22,185 nucleotides of DNA, from NCBI GenBank assembly GCA_030765125.1, contig JAVCDD010000229.1, forward strand, positions 1-22,185. Direction: 5' to 3'. The DNA is from Candidatus Hatepunaea meridiana. GTDB lineage: Bacteria; Electryoneota; AABM5-125-24; Hatepunaeales; Hatepunaeaceae. This document shows, in pieces, positions 16,567 through 22,185 of the stretch. Position 1 is the stretch's first letter. Every line of letters begins with the position of its first letter. The position numbers and the translations under genes were made by a program. The notes under the pieces are model-generated. The model worked only from the letters and a program-made list of their open reading frames with translations, was not told the DNA's origin and made no database searches.

Positions 16567-16704
16567 CATGCGGAACGCAATCCTTTTATTCACAATCTTA
16601 TGCATCGCACTACTTACAGTAAACACACCATTCGCCCAGAACTACGAAAATGTCGAACAGGTCAATCGGTTTGGTAACTATTGGTATAGAGCTTATGATG
16701 TCTG
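16567..16704 (+). CDS. possible small secreted peptide (45 aa; mature form about 21 aa, NYENVEQVNRFGNYWYRAYDV)
   Basis: ATG at 16567, preceded by GGAGA with a 6-nt spacer. Signal peptide MRNAILLFTILCIALLTVNTPFA|Q. TGA at 16702. Not in the ORF track because it is shorter than 60 aa. A hairpin at 16707..16731 follows. Confidence 0.4.
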
Positions 16705-16754
16705 ATTGACGACAATTAGAATTGTCGCTGACTGGGAAGAATAATTGTCGTTCA

Positions 16755-17030
16755 TCAGAAGGGCACACTCATTGCTTTGTCTGTGAGGCTCCTGATGACC
16801 TTTTCCCCCGTCATGTCCGGGAGTATATAGTCCAACAACAATAGTTTATTCGTGTCTTCAACCACCTTGACAATGGCATCAATTCCATTCAAAGCGGTTT
16901 CGGTTCGAAAACCTGATTTTTGAAGGAATTTTTGAATGAACCGATTTAAATCCTCATCATCTTCAATTATAAGAATAGTGAGAGGAGCGGAATCTTTATT
17001 CTTATTATTGCGATGTTTATCACCTTTCAC
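16755..17030 (-). pseudogene. truncated response-regulator receiver domain (91 aa; ends after ...KAMSVPF, before the conserved Thr/Lys region and any output domain)
   Basis: ILIIEDDEDLNRFIQKFLQKSGFRTETALNGIDAIVKVVEDTNKLLLLDYILPDMTGEKVIRSL is a typical REC N-terminal two-thirds. Stop at 16755; the downstream frames show no REC continuation. Confidence 0.55.
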
Positions 17031-17135
17031 AATTAAACCTCGCGTTATTACAACAGTGGATAGTGAATCCCGAATACGAAATAAAAATCCTCATCCTGTA
17101 TACAATATTGACTGTTTTAATTCTTTGTTTGCAGA

Positions 17136-17729
17136 TCATAGATTTTCAATCAAGGCTAACACCTTGTTTGAGTAACGTGTGCGAGGTGGTTTTAAATTCA
17201 GAGCAAACGTCCCGTATCTTCCTCGATTATAAGATGTCAGCGCCCAATGCAACGGCTCATTAAAATCGAGAAAGTGATTCATATGTTGCTCAAAAATCTG
17301 AATTCCCAAGTTAACGTTTGTGACAGGATCGTATAAATCGGCGGGTTTGATTTCTTTTCTGAGCTCCTTCGCCGCTATCATCCTGATTTGCATCAGACCG
17401 CGAGCCTCTCGTGTTGAGATGGCAAATGGCTCCCATAGTGATTCAATGGTAATAACAGCCTTGATTAGTTCCGGATAATCCGATGACTCGATTATCTCAA
17501 TAACCTGATGAGTCTTTTCATTGCCAATCTTTTCAGCTAACTTGCGATAGCCCCAGTAATTCCAGCTTGAAATCGGAACCTGGCTTGAAATTGATAACGA
17601 ATCATAAAAAATTGGCGTATGTCCAGTACTAACCAAGGAAAATACAACTAAAAGTGAGATTAGTGCATGTTTGATTTGTATTATAAGTCGCTCGACCATG
17701 AATATGCACCGCTTGAACTTGAGTAACAA
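17136..17729 (-). CDS. lytic transglycosylase, SLT-domain protein; start possibly at the internal Met at 17699
   Basis: TIESLWEPFAISTREARGLMQIRMIAAKEL...YDPVTNVNLGIQIF matches the SLT catalytic motif (ES...P.A.S..GA.GLMQ). N-terminal hydrophobic segment ISLLVVFSLVS. Confidence 0.75.
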   Translation of the reverse strand: MLLKFKRCIFMVERLIIQIKHALISLLVVFSLVSTGHTPIFYDSLSISSQVPISSWNYWGYRKLAEKIGNEKTHQVIEIIESSDYPELIKAVITIESLWEPFAISTREARGLMQIRMIAAKELRKEIKPADLYDPVTNVNLGIQIFEQHMNHFLDFNEPLHWALTSYNRGRYGTFALNLKPPRTRYSNKVLALIENL

Positions 17730-17744
17730 AACGGATCTGTTTTA

Positions 17745-18050
17745 CTACACTGAGGAAGTCTCAAGCCTGGCTAATCTTTCCTCTATCCGCGTGAGAGTAT
17801 CGTCTTGTCGTCTATTAAATTCATTCTGGTGAAACATGGGATTATTAACCCACCAGTCCATGCCCATTTCTTTAGCTTTATCCACAGAGCAGATCACCAA
17901 TCGAATCTGGATAGTCAGTAATTCGACATCGGCGATATTAATCCTGATATCACCGGCTATTACAATCCCCTTATCCAGAATACGCTCTAAAATGTCCGCC
18001 AAAGTGCTGGAATTGGTTGAATGTTGCATTGCTTGTTGCTGTATTGCCAC
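17745..18050 (-). CDS. gvpJ: gas vesicle protein of the GvpA/GvpJ family, GvpJ-like (101 aa, GTG start)
   Basis: LADILERILDKGIVIAGDIRINIADVELLTIQIRLVICSVDKAKEMGMDWW is the GvpA-fold core with the extended C-terminus of the J/M subfamily. GGAGA 7 nt upstream of the GTG. Confidence 0.7.
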   Translation of the reverse strand: MAIQQQAMQHSTNSSTLADILERILDKGIVIAGDIRINIADVELLTIQIRLVICSVDKAKEMGMDWWVNNPMFHQNEFNRRQDDTLTRIEERLARLETSSV

Positions 18051-18063
18051 TTAATTATCTCCT

Positions 18064-18459
18064 TTAGAATAATTTCCCAATAGGACCAAGATCAATGTTT
18101 AGGTCGTCTTCCTTTAATCCAAACTCTCTGCTGATTCTATTGATTTCTTCTGTCTGCTGCATTAAAGTTAACCCGAGTTTTTCAATCTCGGCATCTGTCA
18201 ATGATCCTGCGTCGATGCGTCTTATTGCCTGCTTCTCTAAAAGCTCGTGAAGCAGTTTAATAATTGATAACACCAGTTGAGCAAGTCCATTTTTTACCTT
18301 TTCCGCGTCCAAGTTTATTCTATCTTTCCCTTTTATCCTTGAGATAGATTTTGCGGTATTTTGTTTATTAGGCAGAAGAGAACCTTGTCCTTTTTGCATT
18401 ATTTTACTAAAATCGCTCAGTGCATTGGATTCTACAACCGGCTGTTTAAAAGGTGACAT
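18064..18459 (-). CDS. gvpK: gas vesicle protein GvpK
   Basis: GLAQLVLSIIKLLHELLEKQAIRRIDAGSLTDAEIEKLGLTLMQQTEEINRISREFGL matches the GvpK signature (LV.TL.ELLR.L.E.QA.RR...G.LTDEE.ERLG..LM). AGGAGA 6 nt upstream of the ATG. Confidence 0.75.
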   Translation of the reverse strand: MSPFKQPVVESNALSDFSKIMQKGQGSLLPNKQNTAKSISRIKGKDRINLDAEKVKNGLAQLVLSIIKLLHELLEKQAIRRIDAGSLTDAEIEKLGLTLMQQTEEINRISREFGLKEDDLNIDLGPIGKLF

Positions 18460-18469
18460 TCATTATCTC

Positions 18470-18676
18470 CTATGATTTCAATTCCTTCGGAATCAGCTCA
18501 TCTTGAATTGTTTTAATATTAGTTAGAATGAGTTGAAGTTCAAGGTAAATCAGATCGATACCCGCAACTGAGAGTGTTACATCTCCAATAACGACAACAC
18601 CTTTATTAAGGACTCGGTCGAGCAATTCACATATAGAGACATGTTCTGTTTCGTTTAAATTTGAATGGTCGGTCAT
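18470..18676 (-). CDS. small gas vesicle protein of the GvpA/J/M family, GvpM-like (68 aa from the internal ATG at 18676)
   Basis: ICELLDRVLNKGVVVIGDVTLSVAGIDLIYLELQLILTNIK is the GvpA-fold core. AGGAGAG precedes the ATG at 18676. The longer ORF-track version would overlap the upstream ATPase gene. Confidence 0.65.
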   Translation of the reverse strand: MTDHSNLNETEHVSICELLDRVLNKGVVVIGDVTLSVAGIDLIYLELQLILTNIKTIQDELIPKELKS

Positions 18677-18719
18677 AACTCTCCTAAACGGTAATAATGA
18701 TTTATGATGTATTGCATGT

Positions 18720-20654
18720 TCAAGTTTTCCAATAGAGAGCATCTCCCAGTTTCTGAAGCTGCTCCAAACCGCGAGGTTCGCCGTTGCGATAGATCATTAC
18801 CGGAGGAATACTGGTAAAAGTCTGAAAATATTTATGTAAGAGTTTAAATTCGCGCGCGTTTATCTCATTGCACAGATCACAACCATCGGAAGGTGTAGCC
18901 ATATTAATTAACATACTTGGTATGCCGATGCTCATCCTTTCACATGCAGATACAAGATCCTTGGTTTCTTCAAAAGCCATTTCAGTGAGAATTGTAACGA
19001 CATATAGTTTAGATCTCGCTGGATCAATCAATAGTTCGCGCAGATATTTGACATCTTTGGACATTTGCACTAATTTTTTCATAATCTCCGGAAGCTTGAA
19101 AACATTCTTGTATTTAAGAAAAAGATTAAAGAATGTCTTTAACCATTGCTCTATAAATTGCGGAAGTTCAAGAAGTCGAAGCAAATGACCGGTTGGTGCC
19201 GAATCAAGTATAAAATAATCGTATGTGTTTTTAGTGATAAATTCTATAGCGCGTGTGAGAGCCATGATTTCATCCAGTCCTGGTGGTGACACATCCATAA
19301 TTCGTGACATTACTTCACGATCAAAGACAAAATCAACATTGGGTGAAATAGTCTTCAGGAAGTTTTCTAATTCTTCTGAATACTGTTCCTTTAAGGTTCT
19401 AAATTCAGACTGAGCATCGATCTCTAAAGCTATTAATCCAGGCATCAATTCCTTTGGTTCTGAACCAACTTCCTTGTCAAAACAAACCGACAGTGAATGA
19501 GCAGGATCGGTCGAGAAGATAAAGGTTTTCTTTTCTGTAAATTCGCAAGCCAACCGTACTGCCGTCGCGCTGGCTAACGTAGTTTTTCCAACGCCGCCTT
19601 TCCCGGCAAAAAGCATAAATTTAGTTTCAGGAGTAGGGAGACATCGAGATCCCTCTACTCGGTATGACTTAGGTGCAGTCTTCAAATTAGGTTCTCCTGC
19701 ATCTGAAGGTTGCTTACTAATTTCTGAGATGTCTCCCCAAAACGTTTCAAGGACTTTTGTGCCTCGGATTTCCTTTTTATTAAGAGGTATTCCCCAGAGA
19801 GAATAATCTGTGAATTCCTGAATATGAAATTGCAGTGTTTCAATTTGATGTTTTCGCCAATGTGCACACACTCGGCATTTATTTTTAGGATAAAGTTTAT
19901 TTACGATAATTTCATTTACTGGTATTTTTAAGAAAGATAGCTGATTAATAAGTTCTCCAGTCTCATGAATACTTAACTCTTCAGCAAGCATAACTGGTAC
20001 GAATTGGCAGGTGACTGGATCCTGTAATAATGTTTCCATTCGATTAATAGAAGCAGAAAAATCTAAGAGGAATTCATCGATTTCATCTTTACGGTAGAAA
20101 CCACTGAAAAGCTTTTTCATGTAACGATGTTTTGCAAGCAAGGAATCCATGGCATCGATCCATTTACGAATCAATTGCGGCATTTCCAGGAGCCTCAGTG
20201 TATGACCGGTTGGAGCTGTGTCAACGATGATGCAGTCATATATGCCATCCTCAATCCATTTGATTATCTCAAGAAACGCCATAAGTTCGTCCATACCCGG
20301 TAGAGAAATGTCCAAGAATTGGTTAATATCCGCATCATCCAGAAATGTTCCGCGCGATGCAATCTTCCGGAATTTTGCATTGTGTTTCTTCTTGAAATCG
20401 GTCAGGAGAATTTGGGCATCGATTTCGGTGAGTTTTAAGTTCTGGGGAAGGGAGTTTCCAGCGAAGCTGTCCATAAGCGAGTGCGCCGGATCGGTCGAAG
20501 CGATAAGGAAAAAATCCTGAGGACAATTCTGCGCATATTGGATCGCAGTAGCTGCAGCACATGTAGTTTTTCCCGCTCCGCCTTTTCCGCTAAACAGGAT
20601 TAATCGCAAACCCCGTTTTTTTAAGAATGTAGGTATAAGTCCACCCGATAACAT
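18720..20654 (-). CDS. two-domain ArsA/Get3-family P-loop ATPase (annotated as arsenite-transporter ATPase-like), embedded in the gvp operon
   Basis: Two Walker A loops, FSGKGGAGKTT and FAGKGGVGKTT. Two DTAPTGH / DSAPTGH signature motifs and two TDPAHSL motifs. Start taken at the ATG at 20654 (MLSGG...) with GAGGAAAGGG upstream; the ORF-track start at 20666 is a TTG. Confidence 0.85.
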   Translation of the reverse strand: MLSGGLIPTFLKKRGLRLILFSGKGGAGKTTCAAATAIQYAQNCPQDFFLIASTDPAHSLMDSFAGNSLPQNLKLTEIDAQILLTDFKKKHNAKFRKIASRGTFLDDADINQFLDISLPGMDELMAFLEIIKWIEDGIYDCIIVDTAPTGHTLRLLEMPQLIRKWIDAMDSLLAKHRYMKKLFSGFYRKDEIDEFLLDFSASINRMETLLQDPVTCQFVPVMLAEELSIHETGELINQLSFLKIPVNEIIVNKLYPKNKCRVCAHWRKHQIETLQFHIQEFTDYSLWGIPLNKKEIRGTKVLETFWGDISEISKQPSDAGEPNLKTAPKSYRVEGSRCLPTPETKFMLFAGKGGVGKTTLASATAVRLACEFTEKKTFIFSTDPAHSLSVCFDKEVGSEPKELMPGLIALEIDAQSEFRTLKEQYSEELENFLKTISPNVDFVFDREVMSRIMDVSPPGLDEIMALTRAIEFITKNTYDYFILDSAPTGHLLRLLELPQFIEQWLKTFFNLFLKYKNVFKLPEIMKKLVQMSKDVKYLRELLIDPARSKLYVVTILTEMAFEETKDLVSACERMSIGIPSMLINMATPSDGCDLCNEINAREFKLLHKYFQTFTSIPPVMIYRNGEPRGLEQLQKLGDALYWKT

Positions 20655-20689
20655 CCCTTTCCTCAAGTTTAAAGTGGTCGTTCATTGGT

Positions 20690-20923
20690 TTAGAACTTTC
20701 GGCTCTCAAACTCATCAAGTTTGTCGAGAAGATCCTTCTCACGAGCCGTGAATTCGGACTCAGTAATTCTACCGGTTTCAAGCATCATATAGAGTTCACT
20801 TAGCTTGGTTTTAATTGCTTCTCCTTCAGAGAGAAGCTCTTCCTGAGCAGCATTGTGCAACTTTCGAGCAAGCCATATAACACCATGAATTGGAGCAAGC
20901 AGAATATCGTCGATAAGAAACAT
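20690..20923 (-). CDS. gvpG: gas vesicle protein GvpG
   Basis: MFLIDDILLAPIHGVIWLARKL...LSELYMMLETGRITESEFTAREKDLLDKLDE fits the GvpG pattern (MFLLDDLLL.P..G..W......E.......L.EL...LE.GEI.E.EF...E..LL.RL). Confidence 0.7.
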   Translation of the reverse strand: MFLIDDILLAPIHGVIWLARKLHNAAQEELLSEGEAIKTKLSELYMMLETGRITESEFTAREKDLLDKLDEFESRKF

Positions 20924-20954
20924 TGTTTAACTCACATTAGATAAGCGGAGAGTG

Positions 20955-20992
20955 GTGGAATGCGAAAACGGGAGACTATTTTCGCATTCCAC
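20955..20992. promoter_or_regulatory. perfect 14-bp-stem hairpin (gtggaatgcgaaaa-cgggagactat-ttttcgcattccac) immediately 3' of the gvpF/L stop, within the operon
   Basis: Seen directly. On the minus-strand transcript it lies between the gvpF/L stop (20995) and the gvpG start (20923). No strong U-tract follows. Confidence 0.5.
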
Positions 20993-20994
20993 AA

Positions 20995-21762
20995 TTATTC
21001 TTGAGAATCAACCTTCAAGTCAATATCGACAAAATTATGAGGAGCCCAGGGTCCATTGAAGTCGAATGCGAAATTATTGTCGAAAAACTTCGACGCATCG
21101 AATATGCCGTTTTCAAAACTTTTCTGCATATCTCGTTCCACGAGACATGCCAGATTCATTACTTCCTCCTCATTGCGGCAATTATTTCGTTTGATTTCTA
21201 CGCAGCTCTGTTCTAATGCATTTACAACCTGGTTAGTATAGGTTTCACGATCTTCATTAAGAAGTTGTTCAAACCTTCGACCGAGCTCGATCTTATCATT
21301 CTGGTTTATGGTTTGGCTTCGACCGAATAAACGATCACGCAGTATCCGCAGATCCGGATGAACGTGCACAAAGTATTCGAAGATATTCTGAACATCCCAT
21401 GCCACTCGCAAACCCATTTCGACCTTGTTAGCGACATTTCTGAGTTGCTCGATGAAGATGTTTTGGTTGAGAGAGAGAATCTTCCTGACCGCTTCTATGC
21501 TATCGGCAACGACTCCGAAAGTCATGGGCAGCGGTGTAGTCTCTTCCATGAGGAATCTAAGGACTCCCTGGTGAGCCGCTAAGTTGCGACGTTCCGGACG
21601 CAGTTTCCTATTTGCAATGTCACTGACAACGGCTGAAACAACGCTGTCCGAAATATGGTAAACTACGCCATCATCAATACCTATAGCGCCATAATCCTTT
21701 TCTTCAGCATTGGAAACGACAGCATATAGATAATGTCCTTTTTTAACTTTTTCTTCAGGCAT
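20995..21762 (-). CDS. gvpF: gas vesicle protein of the GvpF/GvpL family
   Basis: YLYAVVSNAEEKDYGAIGIDDGVVYHISDSVVSAVVSDIANRKLRPERRNLAAHQGVLRFLMEETTPLPMTFGVV matches the GvpF/L N-terminal signature (YVYGVV....G..G....V....LAAVVS.V.....RPER.NLLAH..VLE.....TVLPMRFG.V). Confidence 0.8.
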   Translation of the reverse strand: MPEEKVKKGHYLYAVVSNAEEKDYGAIGIDDGVVYHISDSVVSAVVSDIANRKLRPERRNLAAHQGVLRFLMEETTPLPMTFGVVADSIEAVRKILSLNQNIFIEQLRNVANKVEMGLRVAWDVQNIFEYFVHVHPDLRILRDRLFGRSQTINQNDKIELGRRFEQLLNEDRETYTNQVVNALEQSCVEIKRNNCRNEEEVMNLACLVERDMQKSFENGIFDASKFFDNNFAFDFNGPWAPHNFVDIDLKVDSQE

Positions 21763-21847
21763 TATGATCTATCCAGAAAAAATGGCAAATTTTCAGATGC
21801 AGTAAAGGTTCTTGTAAAAGTTGGGTGACCCACTGGCTGATGCCCTC

Positions 21848-21895
21848 GTTTAACTCGCTGACAGACGCCTTTGTTTAACCCGCTGGCAGATGGGG
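21848..21895. repeat. two tandem ~23-bp imperfect repeats (gtttaactcgctgacagacgcc / gtttaacccgctggcagatgggg) ~90 nt upstream of the gvpF/L start
   Basis: Seen directly. In position to be an operator or regulator-binding site for the minus-strand gvp operon. Confidence 0.4.
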
Positions 21896-21907
21896 ACATC
21901 TGCTTTA

Positions 21908-22185
21908 ATTAGTGTCTGACCGAAAATCCTTCTCTCTGTCATTCCCGCGAAAGCGGGAATCCAGATAACCTATTGTTTCTCCTGGATTCCCGCTTTCGCG
22001 GGAATGACAGAGAGAAGGTTATATTCAAGAATATAGGGGTTTTCGGTTAGTCACTACTTAGTGTCTGACCGGAAAGCCCCTTTTTTGTCATTCCCGCGAA
22101 GGCGGGAATCCAGACAACTTATTGTTTCTCCTGGATTCCCGCCTTCGCGGGAATGACAAAAGAGGGTTAATATCCAGAAAAACGG
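21908..22185. repeat. tandem ~149-bp units, two copies (the second cut by the window end). Each contains a 73-bp palindrome (tgtcattcccgcgaaRgcgggaatccag - 17 nt - ctggattcccgcYttcgcgggaatgaca) at 21938..22010 and 22087..22159.
   Basis: Unit copies: ttagtgtctgaccgRaaa...tgtcattcccgcg.... Each arm is itself a hairpin (attcccgc-gaaa-gcgggaat). The architecture is the same as the palindrome at 7565..7638. Confidence 0.7.

Noticed and set aside
17031-17135. ORFs 16936..17175 and 17063..17263 on the + strand
   Set aside because: They overlap the receiver fragment and the SLT gene on the opposite strand and have no motifs.
21938-22159. Possible CRISPR array, suggested by the repeated 28-bp partially palindromic sequence tgtcattcccgcgaaagcgggaatccag
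   Set aside because: Copies alternate in orientation. The intervening sequences of the two units (ataacctattgtttctc and acaacttattgtttctc) are near-identical, not unique spacers. Spacing is irregular (17 and ~76 nt). There are no cas genes. This is a tandem palindromic repeat, not CRISPR.

Overview
This 22.2-kb window comes from a bacterial genome of roughly 40% GC; I cannot name the species. Coding density is high, and there are many cytoplasmic PAS sensor proteins and gas-vesicle genes. Three blocks are visible.

(1) 1..7140 is a decayed accessory island. It opens with the 3' end of an IS630-family transposase gene (motif TPKHGSWLNMAEIE...FTTKDARIKLSRLYP). The insertion truncated a gene so that only its C-terminal zinc-peptidase domain remains. 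After that comes a repeated module on the + strand. Each module has a large protein with no signal peptide (1956..3659). Its C-terminus carries LAS/M15-type zinc D,D-peptidase motifs (SGYRCPIKN...SAHMFGSAID...RAHTDIR). The large protein is followed by one to three divergent members of a family of Sec-secreted proteins of about 290 aa: P1 1026..1883, P2 3674..4504, P3 4497..5369 and a frameshifted P4 5362..6247. All four end in a conserved tail QQRKNNLLMEF(D/N)LGS(D/G)E, and consecutive genes are linked by an overlapping GATGAATAR stop/start. I read this as a candidate peptidoglycan-hydrolase effector plus an array of periplasmic immunity proteins, a family I do not recognise. The island ends with a duplicated terminator plus effector-5' stub fused to a secretin 3' fragment that carries an in-frame TAG.

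(2) 7.1..16.3 kb is bracketed by two copies of a roughly 207-bp MITE-like element (22-bp TIRs, 9-bp TSD on copy 1). On the minus strand it contains a 1372-aa multi-PAS/GAF hybrid histidine kinase, a 717-aa PAS-only protein, and a truncated PAS paralog. The truncated paralog shares an identical ~95-bp 5' end with the 717-aa gene. There is also a small lipoprotein and some unusual structured noncoding DNA.

(3) 16.5..21.8 kb holds a minus-strand gas-vesicle accessory operon: gvpF/L, gvpG, a two-domain ArsA/Get3-family ATPase, a gvpM-like gene, gvpK, a gvpJ-like gene and an SLT lytic transglycosylase. Next to it are a truncated response-regulator gene and a possible 45-aa secreted-peptide gene.

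A family of roughly 74-bp perfect palindromes with GTCATTCC...GGAATGAC termini occurs at 7565..7638 and twice in the tandem 149-bp units at the window end. They are not CRISPR. All coordinates and motifs were read directly from the sequence. Family assignments rest on remembered motifs and were not checked against any database.
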